Shown here piece by piece: positions 17,238 through 26,111 of a stretch of 64,000 bases of DNA. Under the pieces are notes generated by a model. The model did not search any database and was not told the origin of the DNA. It saw only the letters and a list, made by a program, of their open reading frames with translations. Position 1 is the stretch's first letter. Every line of letters starts with the position of its first letter. The stretch spans positions 72,712-136,711 of the forward strand of contig SFGY01000005.1 in NCBI GenBank assembly GCA_004556455.1. The letters run 5' to 3'. Source of the stretch: Clostridiales bacterium (lineage in GTDB: Bacteria; Bacillota; Clostridia; Saccharofermentanales; DTU023). The position numbers were made by a program, and so were the translations under genes.

Positions 17238-18416
17238 ATGGATCCAGTGACAGATTTTATCAGCCGCATTCTCACGGCAATTGTGTATGGAGTTGTTGAA
17301 GGGGTCAGTGAATGGCTCCCCATTAGTTCGACCGGGCATCTCATTTTGCTTGAGGCGATCTTGCCTCTGCGCATGTCAGCGGCCTTTGGTTCGGCTTTCC
17401 GTATTGTGATTCAGCTGGGAGCCGTCATGGCTGTGCCGCTGCTCTACTGGTCGGTCATCTGGCCTTTCGGCAAGCCCCGACAGCCCCAGATTCATGCCCT
17501 GGGAAATCGCCCGCCTGTCCGTCCGCAACAGAGGCCTCAAGCTGGTCTTAACGACGCAGGTCTGAATTATGGCCAGCCGCATTCTCGAAAGCCGGAGAGA
17601 GCGCAAAGCCCTGTCAGAGCTTCTGTCCCGCAGAGAGCAGTTCGCCCTGCTGCACCGCAGAACCTGCGCCCCGACCTGCAGCAGGAGAAGAGAAGAACTG
17701 AGAGGCCAGCTTACCGATATCAGCCGCTGAATGGTCCTAAGCCAGATGCAAACGCTTTTCCACCGCGGCAGATGAGCGCTTCCTCTCGGCAGACGCAGAC
17801 CGTGAAAGGCCAGCGAAGTTTTTCGTTTCTGCGCCCGGACGTCCTCATGCTCTGGGCTAAACTGCTGCTCGCCTGCGTTCCGGCAGCCATAGTAGGTCTT
17901 TTTTTTGACGATCTCATCGAAAAACATTTTTATAACCCCCTGCCTGTCACGCTTGCCTTAATCATCGTTGGCCTTCTCTTTATCATTGTGGAGCAGTCGC
18001 TGAAAGGCAAACATCCCCGTATCCTGACACTAAACGAAATGAGCTGGTCACTGGCTCTGATCATCGGCCTGTTTCAAGTGCTGGCAGCAGTCTTCCCCGG
18101 GGTGTCTCGTTCCGGCGCCACCATACTGGGAGCTTTGATTTTCGGTGTGAGCCGTAAAGTGGCCTCTGAATTTACTTTCCTGCTTGCTCTTCCGGTCATG
18201 CTCGGAGCGAGCCTCTTAAAATTACTTCGGCTCAATTATCAGCCCCAGGCCATTGAGACCGTGATTTTGCTTGTGGCCTGCCTCAGTGCTTTTATTGTTT
18301 CCATTCTGACGATGCGTTTTCTCATCAGCTACGTGCAAAAGCATGATTTCAAAGCCTTTGCTTACTATCGCATTGCTCTGGGGGTTCTGGTGCTTGTTCT
18401 CTTCACCTTCATGTGA
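17238..18416 (+). CDS. uppP: undecaprenyl-diphosphate phosphatase with ~120-aa low-complexity insertion
   Basis: EWLPISSTGHL and PGVSRSGATI signature motifs of BacA/UppP; 392 aa. Confidence 0.88.
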   Translation: MDPVTDFISRILTAIVYGVVEGVSEWLPISSTGHLILLEAILPLRMSAAFGSAFRIVIQLGAVMAVPLLYWSVIWPFGKPRQPQIHALGNRPPVRPQQRPQAGLNDAGLNYGQPHSRKPERAQSPVRASVPQRAVRPAAPQNLRPDLQQEKRRTERPAYRYQPLNGPKPDANAFPPRQMSASSRQTQTVKGQRSFSFLRPDVLMLWAKLLLACVPAAIVGLFFDDLIEKHFYNPLPVTLALIIVGLLFIIVEQSLKGKHPRILTLNEMSWSLALIIGLFQVLAAVFPGVSRSGATILGALIFGVSRKVASEFTFLLALPVMLGASLLKLLRLNYQPQAIETVILLVACLSAFIVSILTMRFLISYVQKHDFKAFAYYRIALGVLVLVLFTFM

Positions 18417-18593
18417 ATTAAAGCACGGTGCGTGCCCAGGGGAGTGTGAAAACACTCGTGTCCTTCACATTCATATGAATTAAAACCAGCGAGATGAGTC
18501 TTTTCAGGCTGATCAAGGCTCTGTAGCAGCAGCCTGGAGGTCTCTGCCAGGAAAGGTCCAGCTATTTTACACCCAACGAAAGGTTAGGGAAAA

Positions 18594-18941
18594 ATGATGA
18601 CAGACAATAAAATGATGAATGACAAGGCAACAAAGAAAGAAAAGCAAATCGCAAGAATCAGGGAGATGGAAACGAAGGCCAATCTGCTTGCAGCGGGCGC
18701 CGCAGAATTTCAGGCGGTCCTGGATAAGTTTGCGGAAGTGGAACCTGCCTACAGGGAACTGAGCCAATATTATGGCGGCAGTGAGTGGTGGGAGGACAAG
18801 ACCTTTTCGGAAGCCAAAGATTTCCCGGAGGATTTGAGCTGTGGCGTTCTTTCGGAGGATGGCCTCTATAATATTCTGGGAGACTTGCACAGCCTGGCCA
18901 TTCAGATGCTGGAACTGAGCTGCGATATTCTCAAAAATTAA
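18594..18941 (+). CDS. DUF4298-like hypothetical protein
   Basis: 115-aa ORF, ...ELSQYYGGSEWWEDK... motif; coiled-coil-like. Confidence 0.5.
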   Translation: MMTDNKMMNDKATKKEKQIARIREMETKANLLAAGAAEFQAVLDKFAEVEPAYRELSQYYGGSEWWEDKTFSEAKDFPEDLSCGVLSEDGLYNILGDLHSLAIQMLELSCDILKN

Positions 18942-19056
18942 TGGCAAAACATGTCTTGACATCATAACTCATTTGAGAAAAAGCAAGACGTATTCTGCTA
19001 AACTAAAATGAAATTGGCCCGATTTCTGTGGCGAAGAAGCAGTGAGGAGCATAGAC

Positions 19057-19704
19057 ATGTCAGAGTGTGCATTTTTTCTTGAGTTAGATTCCCTGCCGGT
19101 AATCGTGACTGGCGGTGGCGAAAAAGCTCTTAACAAGGCAGGCATATTAGCAGAAGCCGGTGCGGAAGTGAGCTGTTGGAGCCGCGACTTTATTCCTGGA
19201 TTTGCCGATTTACAGAAACTTTATCCGGATAAACTAGGCTTTGTTCGTGGGGAACTGACGCCGGAGCTTTTGCTTCATTTGATCCATGGACCCGCGCGAC
19301 CTTTTTGTCTTGTTGCAGCGAGTGAAGATCCTGAGGCCGATCTTGCTCTGTCGCAAATTTGCCGCGAGGAAAAAATCCCCTGCATACGCGAAGGCCGAGA
19401 TACAGATTCTTCTCTGGCCCGACTCATAGATCGCGGAGAACTTTCTTTTGCAGTTGCTGCAAAACACCTGCCAGAGCTCGAAGAACTCTGGCACAGCCGA
19501 CTGGAACGAGAGCTGCCTCAGGAATGGCTTCAAGGGAGCGCCGAGCTGCTGGCCTACGCAGAGAGTCCGGAAGTGCAGAAACTACACCCGGATTTTCGCG
19601 AACGTGAGCTGCACGATATCTCTGCGGCCATGTTGGACTGCAACGGCCGTTTTGAGGCGGCCCTGGCCAAATATGAGGCCCAGAAGAAGCGGGCTTTCTT
19701 TTAA
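19057..19704 (+). CDS. precorrin-2 dehydrogenase / sirohydrochlorin ferrochelatase-like (SirC/CysG N-domain family)
   Basis: NAD-binding VIVTGGGEKALNKAGILAEAGAEV at the N-terminus; GAGGAG RBS 7 nt before the ATG at 19057; heads the cob cluster. Confidence 0.65.
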   Translation: MSECAFFLELDSLPVIVTGGGEKALNKAGILAEAGAEVSCWSRDFIPGFADLQKLYPDKLGFVRGELTPELLLHLIHGPARPFCLVAASEDPEADLALSQICREEKIPCIREGRDTDSSLARLIDRGELSFAVAAKHLPELEELWHSRLERELPQEWLQGSAELLAYAESPEVQKLHPDFRERELHDISAAMLDCNGRFEAALAKYEAQKKRAFF

Positions 19705-19707
19705 GCC

Positions 19708-20955
19708 ATGATGGGCAGTCATCCTATGCATGATAATAAGATAAGTGAAAACTTGCCGCCTGAAAAGCTTGGTGAAAAGCTTGGTGAAAAGACGGGATTA
19801 AAAGAGCAGATCCTTGATGCCCTCAGAGGCTTTGAGTTTTCTGCCGAAGAGTGCAGCACCTGGCTGGCTGAGTTAAAGCAGACCGCCCTGCTGCCTGATA
19901 AAGCAGCAGCTGCTGCTTGCCGGGCACAGTGGCAAGCTCTCTGCAAACCGCTCTATTCCCTGGGTCGTCTGGAAGAACTGATCTGCCGCCTGGCCGGGGC
20001 GAGCGGACAGAAGATCCCGGAGATCAGCCCACGTGCCGCCTATATTTTTGTGGCGGACAACGGCATTGTCGAAGAAGGGGTCAGCCAGACCGGACAGGAA
20101 GTGACCGCCCAGGTCTTGCGCAATATCAATGAGCGCAAGTGTACGGTAAAGCTCTGGAGTGAACGTTATGGCCTTGATCTCATTCCCGTAGATCTGGGCG
20201 CCCGTTATTATCGTGGAGAGGAAGAACCCGGCGCAGCTGAGGTTTTCGTGCATAAAATCATGCCCGAAGGAACGCATAGCTTTCTGCGGCAGGATGCGAT
20301 GAGCCGGGAGCAGGCTCTCGAGGCTCTCGCCGTGGGCCGTGAATGTGCCTGGGCAGCGGCAGGCGCAGGGGTCAGACTGCTGGTCGGCGGCGAGATGGGC
20401 ATAGGTAATACCAGTAGCTCGACGGCGCTGATCTCAGCCCTGCTGGGCTGCCCTCCTGAAGAAATCTGCGGCCGGGGTTCCGGACTTTCAGATGAGGCCT
20501 TTCGTCACAAAAGTAAAGTACTTGGCCAGGCTCTTGCGTCCCGGAAGCTGGGGCCTGCAGATCCTCTGGGCGCTTTAGCGGCCGTTGGGGGGCTCGACAT
20601 TGCCGCCCTCTGTGGCCTCTACCTTGGTGCCGCAGAGGCTCGCGTTCCGGTTCTGCTCGATGGTCTTATCTCCTACGCTGCAGCTCTCTGCGCGTTTTAT
20701 CTTGTGCCCGCGAGCCAGGCCTTCCTGATCCCCACCCATGTGGCGAGAGAAAAAGGCGCGGCAGCAGTGGCCAAAGCCTTAAATCTCAAAGCCGTTCTGG
20801 ACCTTGATATCGCTTTGGGAGAAGGCTCCGGGGCCATCCTCCTGATCCCGCTCCTGGAAGCTGCACTGCAGGATTTGAACGAACTTCCACGCTTTGCTGA
20901 GGGGCATGTTGAGGCCTATGAAGATTTTGCTGCCAAAAGCTCAGAGCAAAACTAA
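19708..20955 (+). CDS. cobT: nicotinate-nucleotide--dimethylbenzimidazole phosphoribosyltransferase
   Basis: GEMGIGNTSSSTAL motif, 415 aa with an N-terminal extension containing an EKLG repeat. Confidence 0.88.
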   Translation: MMGSHPMHDNKISENLPPEKLGEKLGEKTGLKEQILDALRGFEFSAEECSTWLAELKQTALLPDKAAAAACRAQWQALCKPLYSLGRLEELICRLAGASGQKIPEISPRAAYIFVADNGIVEEGVSQTGQEVTAQVLRNINERKCTVKLWSERYGLDLIPVDLGARYYRGEEEPGAAEVFVHKIMPEGTHSFLRQDAMSREQALEALAVGRECAWAAAGAGVRLLVGGEMGIGNTSSSTALISALLGCPPEEICGRGSGLSDEAFRHKSKVLGQALASRKLGPADPLGALAAVGGLDIAALCGLYLGAAEARVPVLLDGLISYAAALCAFYLVPASQAFLIPTHVAREKGAAAVAKALNLKAVLDLDIALGEGSGAILLIPLLEAALQDLNELPRFAEGHVEAYEDFAAKSSEQN

Positions 20956-21580
20956 GGATTTTCTCTGCTGTGAAAACTGGACTGTTCCCCTGGAAAGTCA
21001 GCGCTTTCTTTTGCTTGTTGGCGGGAGCAAAAGCGGCAAATCAGCCCTTGCAGAAGACTGGTCGCAGGAGGCGGCTGAACGCTTCTCGGCGCCCCTCATT
21101 TATCTCGCCACGATGGAGGCGGGAAATGATCCCGAAAATCTGGAGCGTATCGCCCGACACCGTCGGCAGCGTGCAGGCAAAGGCTTCAGAGATGTGGAAA
21201 AAGCTCGTGACCTTTTAGAGCTGGGATCTGAAATTCCCCTGGGAGCAGTCATTCTCCTTGAATGTCTGGGAAATCTGGCGGCTAATGAACTTTTCCGGGA
21301 AAACCTCCAGGAGGCGACTGAGCTTTCGGTAGAAAAACTCAAGCTTAAAATACTCAGTGATTTGGACGGCCTCATGCAAAGGTGCCGCCTGCTCATTCTG
21401 GTGAGTAACGATGTATCCTCGGATATTCTGGATTATGACGCAGGAACGAAGTTATGGATCCGGCTCATGGGCGCCCTGCACGCGGCTTTGGCCGAACGCA
21501 GGGATGGACTTTGTTGTGAGGTTACAGCCGGATTTCCGCTGCTTATCTCACCACTGCAGGGGATTAAAGAGGAAGTATAA
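20918..21580 (+). CDS. cobU: adenosylcobinamide kinase / adenosylcobinamide-phosphate guanylyltransferase
   Basis: P-loop LLVGGSKSGKSALAE and CobU-type body. The start codon is uncertain (the ORF is open from 20894 and overlaps the cobT end). Confidence 0.75.
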   Translation: MKILLPKAQSKTKDFLCCENWTVPLESQRFLLLVGGSKSGKSALAEDWSQEAAERFSAPLIYLATMEAGNDPENLERIARHRRQRAGKGFRDVEKARDLLELGSEIPLGAVILLECLGNLAANELFRENLQEATELSVEKLKLKILSDLDGLMQRCRLLILVSNDVSSDILDYDAGTKLWIRLMGALHAALAERRDGLCCEVTAGFPLLISPLQGIKEEV

Positions 21581-22429
21581 GTGATGGTGCACAGTAAAAA
21601 AGATCAAAATCAAAAGGTGTTGCCAGGCCTTTTCGGCAGGACGCTTAAGGAGCTGAGAAACTCTGTCTTGTCAGCTTTCTCCTTTTACAGTCGTATCCCT
21701 GTGCCACAAAACTTTGGCAGGGAAACGCCCCCTCATGTCCTCCTGGCCTTTCCCCTGGTGGGCTTTGTCATCGGCCTCATCCTTGGCCTGCTGCTCATGA
21801 TCCTGAGTTTTTCTCACAAGCCTTTTTTGCTCGCCGCTCTTTTCCTTCTTGGCGAGTTTATGCTCACTGGTGGTATCCATCTTGATGGCTTTGCCGATGC
21901 GGCGGATGCGATCTATTCACGCCGTGGACGCGAAGAAGAACTGCGTATCATGAAAGACCCTCATGCCGGACCTATGGCGATTATTTCTGTGATTTTGCTC
22001 TTGCTTTGTGAATTTGCGGCTTTAGCAGAAATTCTGAAACATAGCTTGCCTCTCTTTCCGGGATCCTCTGGCTGGAGACTGGCCCTTGTCCTGGCAAGTT
22101 TTCTGGCAGCAGGACGCTGTGCTTCAGGCTATCTTTCTTTGTCCCTTCCCTATGCCCGTTCCTCTGGAATGCTGGGTCTGGTCAAAAACCCCGGAGATGA
22201 ACGAAAAAAAATCATTCTGCTTCTGCAAGGACTTTTTTTTGCCTTAGTGGCCAGTCTTGTCGCTTCCATTCCGGGTCTCATTGCTGTCGGCGCAATACTT
22301 CCTCTCGCCTTTCTCTCGGCGACTTATTTCAGACGTCATTACGGGGGGATCACCGGTGATCTTGCGGGTTTTTTTCTCTGTGTGGCAGAAGCAGTAGAAT
22401 TAAGCCTTTACGCCCTTTTCTTAGCATGA
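21581..22429 (+). CDS. cobS: adenosylcobinamide-GDP ribazoletransferase (cobalamin synthase)
   Basis: Polytopic membrane ORF with HLDGFADAADA and GGITGD motifs. Confidence 0.88.
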   Translation: MMVHSKKDQNQKVLPGLFGRTLKELRNSVLSAFSFYSRIPVPQNFGRETPPHVLLAFPLVGFVIGLILGLLLMILSFSHKPFLLAALFLLGEFMLTGGIHLDGFADAADAIYSRRGREEELRIMKDPHAGPMAIISVILLLLCEFAALAEILKHSLPLFPGSSGWRLALVLASFLAAGRCASGYLSLSLPYARSSGMLGLVKNPGDERKKIILLLQGLFFALVASLVASIPGLIAVGAILPLAFLSATYFRRHYGGITGDLAGFFLCVAEAVELSLYALFLA

Positions 22430-22443
22430 GGAGAAGATAAAAG

Positions 22444-23685
22444 ATGATCTTTCTGATTTTTGGAGGCTCAGCTTCAGGCAAAAAAGAATATGCCGAAAAA
22501 TGTTTGAGCGCAGCTCTTTCAGAGGCTAAAGCTGCGGCATGTAAAAGCCCTGAATCCGAAAGTGATCAGCCATTTTGCCTGGTCGAAGGGCTGGAACAGT
22601 GGCTTGACGTGCAGCCGTGTGCAGATGACTGTGTCGTTCTGCAGCAGCTGGCAGAAAAAGTCGAAGACGCAGAAAAACGTGCGGGAAGTCGACCTCTCGT
22701 CCTCCTCTTTGAAGAACGAGGCTGCGGCATAGTTCCTCTGGATAAAGAGCTGCGAGCCCTGCGTGAACGCAACGGCAAAGCGCTGCAGTGGCTTGCGCAA
22801 AGAGCCGAACGAGTGGACAGAGTTTTTGCGGGTCAGGGTCTTTGCCTGAAAGGCGCTGAGGTCCCGCTTTTCGCAGAAACTGACGGAGCATCACAGACTG
22901 CAACGGCTCTTGTGTCGACAATAGAAAGCTCTTCCAGCGGGATCTCCGATGCTGCCCAAGACTCACTTTCAGCAGCCTCCGACGAATGCAGACGCTTTAT
23001 TCTGAAGATCTACCGCCACGGCGCAAGCGAGCCCAATCTTCGCAGAGAATATCTGGGCCGCCGTGATTGTCCGCTTGCTCCCCAGGGCAGGGAAGCTCTG
23101 CTCCGTCGGCGCGAAAAGGAGCGTAAGAACCTGCCTCTGACGCTGTTATTTTCTTCACCGGCGAAGCGCTGTCAGGAAACTGCGGCCATTTATTTCCCGG
23201 AATTTTCTCCCCTTCTTATCCCAGAGTTCTGGGAACGTGACTTTGGCCGCCTTGAAGGCAAAACCTGGGAAGAGATGAAAGACGATACTGACTATCGCAG
23301 CTGGATCGCCAGCTCGGGTCAGAGTTCACCCTTAGACATGGAGCCTGCGGAGGCCTTTGCGGCACGTGTCTCTGCAGGCTTTGAAAAAGTTCTTAGCTGC
23401 GTTGATTTGACTTTGTCTGCAAATCAGGCGCAGGGACTTAGCAGCTCAGACCCGGCACGTTTTGCGGTCGTTATGCATGGGGGAAGCATCATGGAACTTC
23501 TTCGTCAGCTGGCTGAGCGTTTTCCGGAACTTGTAGATACGCAGCTGGAGGGGGGCGCACCCTGCCAGGATAGCCCAGCCTATTATCACTTTATGCTCAA
23601 GGAAGGGGAATCCCTCACCTTGCTTGGCGAGCTGAGTTTCGGACACCTTATTTCCTGTCGCCTGTTGGAAGGGAAGGGTGAATAA
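22444..23685 (+). CDS. cobC: fusion of a CobU-like P-loop domain with a histidine-phosphatase (alpha-ribazole phosphatase CobC-like) domain
   Basis: N-terminus IFGGSASGKKEYAE plus GCGIVPLD (CobU-like). C-terminal half IYRHGASEPN...H GGS (RHG histidine phosphatase motif). Confidence 0.7.
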   Translation: MIFLIFGGSASGKKEYAEKCLSAALSEAKAAACKSPESESDQPFCLVEGLEQWLDVQPCADDCVVLQQLAEKVEDAEKRAGSRPLVLLFEERGCGIVPLDKELRALRERNGKALQWLAQRAERVDRVFAGQGLCLKGAEVPLFAETDGASQTATALVSTIESSSSGISDAAQDSLSAASDECRRFILKIYRHGASEPNLRREYLGRRDCPLAPQGREALLRRREKERKNLPLTLLFSSPAKRCQETAAIYFPEFSPLLIPEFWERDFGRLEGKTWEEMKDDTDYRSWIASSGQSSPLDMEPAEAFAARVSAGFEKVLSCVDLTLSANQAQGLSSSDPARFAVVMHGGSIMELLRQLAERFPELVDTQLEGGAPCQDSPAYYHFMLKEGESLTLLGELSFGHLISCRLLEGKGE

Positions 23686-23688
23686 AGC

Positions 23689-24687
23689 ATGAACTTCGGG
23701 CTTTCTCTTTCTCAGATGTCCGCCATGACCCTGCCCGTCACGATCCTGCTCGCTTTTGGGCTGGACCTTTTACTGGGGGATCCTCAGGGCTGGCCTCATA
23801 TCGTGCGCTTGATCGGCAAAATCATTGCCGTGCTCGAGCGCCTTTTGAATCGACCTCTTCTTTCTGAACGCCAGCGCCTGGCCAGGGGTATTCTCATGGG
23901 ACTTGCGCTGCCGGCAGGTCTGACCCTCTTCCTCACGGCTTTTCTCTGGCTGCTCTTTCGCCTTAGTCTGCCTCTCTGGTTTTTTGCCCGTCTGCTCCTC
24001 TGCTGGCAACTCCTGGCCTTGAAAGATCTGGCGGATGAAGCCGGAGCGGTTGCCTTCAAGCTGCGTCATCAGGGCCTTGATGCCGCCCGGCAAAGCCTCT
24101 CCCGCATTGTCGGACGGGATACGGCTGAATTAAGTGAGGAGGAAGTCTGTAAAGCAGCGGTGGAGACGGTCGCTGAAAATTTTGCCGATGGGGTGATGGC
24201 TCCGCTCTTTTTTCTCTGCCTCTTTGATCTGCCCGGCATGTTCTTTCTTAAATGTGTGAATACCCTCGACTCCATGATCGGCTATAAAAATGCTCGTTAC
24301 AAAGATTTCGGCAAAGCTTCAGCCAAATGTGACGACATCCTCAACTTCCTGCCCTCGCGTCTGGCGGCGCTGTTTTTATTGCTCGCCTGCCCGTTTATGA
24401 GACTCGACACCAAGTCAGCCTGGAAGATTTTCAAGAGGGATCGCATGAAGCACGCCTCCCCTAATTCAGGGCAGACGGAAGCTGTCGTCGCAGGCGCTCT
24501 CGGACTTCAGCTGGGCGGCAGTCATAAGTATTTTGGCCAAGTGGTGTTTAAGCCCACGATCGGAGATCCTCGCCGTCATGCCGAAGCCGATGATATAGAC
24601 CATAGCATTCGTTTGCTTTATCTGGCGGGGTTCATGGCTCTTCTCTTTGCCGTGGGCGTAGCCTGGGTGAAATGGCTTAGACTTTAA
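23689..24687 (+). CDS. cbiB: adenosylcobinamide-phosphate synthase
   Basis: CbiB/CobD membrane protein; HASPNSG motif. Confidence 0.88.
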   Translation: MNFGLSLSQMSAMTLPVTILLAFGLDLLLGDPQGWPHIVRLIGKIIAVLERLLNRPLLSERQRLARGILMGLALPAGLTLFLTAFLWLLFRLSLPLWFFARLLLCWQLLALKDLADEAGAVAFKLRHQGLDAARQSLSRIVGRDTAELSEEEVCKAAVETVAENFADGVMAPLFFLCLFDLPGMFFLKCVNTLDSMIGYKNARYKDFGKASAKCDDILNFLPSRLAALFLLLACPFMRLDTKSAWKIFKRDRMKHASPNSGQTEAVVAGALGLQLGGSHKYFGQVVFKPTIGDPRRHAEADDIDHSIRLLYLAGFMALLFAVGVAWVKWLRL

Positions 24688-24833
24688 AGCAGCCGCAGCA
24701 AGAGCTGTCTTGTATTAATCCGAAGGTTAAAGCAAATGACCGTACGGTAAAAACCGAAAATATGGTACGGTAAAAGCCTGCAAGGTCAGAAAAGTCTGAA
24801 CGCTGCTGTAATCGGCGGAAAGGGGAGAGAAAA

Positions 24834-26111
24834 GTGCACGAAAAACCTCGTGATATGTTTAAACCGGCGAATGAACTTCACCCTGGGACGAATCTCAACA
24901 GACTTAACGAACTGCACCGCTCCCTGAAAACGATGCCTCATGGGGCCGATAAAGTTAAAGTTGCGGCTTTACTCCAGCTTCCTCCTGAAGCTATCCTTGA
25001 TTTTTCTTCCAACATCAATCCGCTGGCGCAAAACTGGGGCATAACAGCTGCGGCACTTGACGCGATGAAGCAACTCTCTGCCTACCCGGAACCCGAACCG
25101 AGACGCTTTTTAGCACGTTTGTCGGAAAAAGAAATAATTCCGCAAGAACAGCTGATTGCGGGCAATGGCGGCGCAGATTTGATTTTCAGAACGGCCTGCG
25201 CCTTGCGCTTTTCAGAGGAATTTAAAGGACGACAGGACGTCCTGATAGCGGAACCGTGTTTTGGAGAATATCGCGCGGCATTCAGCGCTGCAGGCTTCCA
25301 TATTCTCTCTCATCGTCTGCTGGTGGAAGAGCAGTTTGACGTCAACGAGCGTATTCTTCCGGCCATAAGTGATCAGCTCAGAGCGGTGATCCTCTGCCAC
25401 CCCAATAACCCCACAGGACGCAGCATACGACCTGAAATCCTGAGCCAAATTGCTGAACGTTGCAGAGAGAAGGGAGTGGCTCTTTTGCTGGATCTCTGTT
25501 TTCTGGATTTTCTGCCTGAAAAACTTAAGGCCACGAAAATTGCCCTGGCTCCCTTTTTAGAACAAAGGTCAGACTTTCCGACGAAAAAGACTGATTCAGG
25601 AACTAAGGGGCGTGGGCCTTCGGGAGGCCATACGCCAGCGAAGCATCTCAGCTTTGTAAGTTTTCATTCTCTGACGAAACTCTTTGCTATTCCTGCCCTT
25701 CGTATCGGTTGGCTTTATTGTTCCGACGGTAATTTATGCAAAAACATCAAAGCTTTGACGCCCCCATGGCAAGTTTCTGCACCTGCTGCCGCGGCGGCGG
25801 AGGCTGCCATGAAAGTCCCGGCTGCGACCATCCGGGCCTGCCTGGAAGAACTTGATGAAAATAAAAGCGAACTGGCGGAAGAGTTGCGTAAGTTTGGGGC
25901 TAAAGAGATTCAGGGAGAAGCCAATTATCTGTTCTTTCAGCACCCCGAAAACCTGCTGCAGGCCAGGCTCCTGCTCGGCAAGAGAGCCATTTTGATACGC
26001 TCCTGTGCCAATTACGAGGGCTTGGGTGAAGGCTGGTTTCGCATTGCAGTGAAATCAGCAGAAGAAAATGCAGCATTCATCGAGCAAATCCACGAACTAG
26101 ACATCAATTAA
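24834..26111 (+). CDS. cobD: threonine-phosphate decarboxylase (class I/II aminotransferase fold)
   Basis: HGAD...DFSSNINPL start, PNNPTG, and the PLP lysine region SLTKLFAIPALRIG; position in the cob cluster; GTG start after GGGGAGAG. Confidence 0.75.
   Translation: MHEKPRDMFKPANELHPGTNLNRLNELHRSLKTMPHGADKVKVAALLQLPPEAILDFSSNINPLAQNWGITAAALDAMKQLSAYPEPEPRRFLARLSEKEIIPQEQLIAGNGGADLIFRTACALRFSEEFKGRQDVLIAEPCFGEYRAAFSAAGFHILSHRLLVEEQFDVNERILPAISDQLRAVILCHPNNPTGRSIRPEILSQIAERCREKGVALLLDLCFLDFLPEKLKATKIALAPFLEQRSDFPTKKTDSGTKGRGPSGGHTPAKHLSFVSFHSLTKLFAIPALRIGWLYCSDGNLCKNIKALTPPWQVSAPAAAAAEAAMKVPAATIRACLEELDENKSELAEELRKFGAKEIQGEANYLFFQHPENLLQARLLLGKRAILIRSCANYEGLGEGWFRIAVKSAEENAAFIEQIHELDIN

Noticed and set aside
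19762-19791. 12-bp tandem repeat gaaaagcttggt x2.5 in the cobT 5' region
   Set aside because: It is in-frame (EKLG-EKLG-EK) within a non-conserved N-terminal extension, so it is likely simple slippage with no evident function.
24744-24777. GTACGGTAAAA repeated twice upstream of cobD
   Set aside because: It is a short two-copy repeat in an intergenic spacer and could be a minor operator. The evidence is insufficient.
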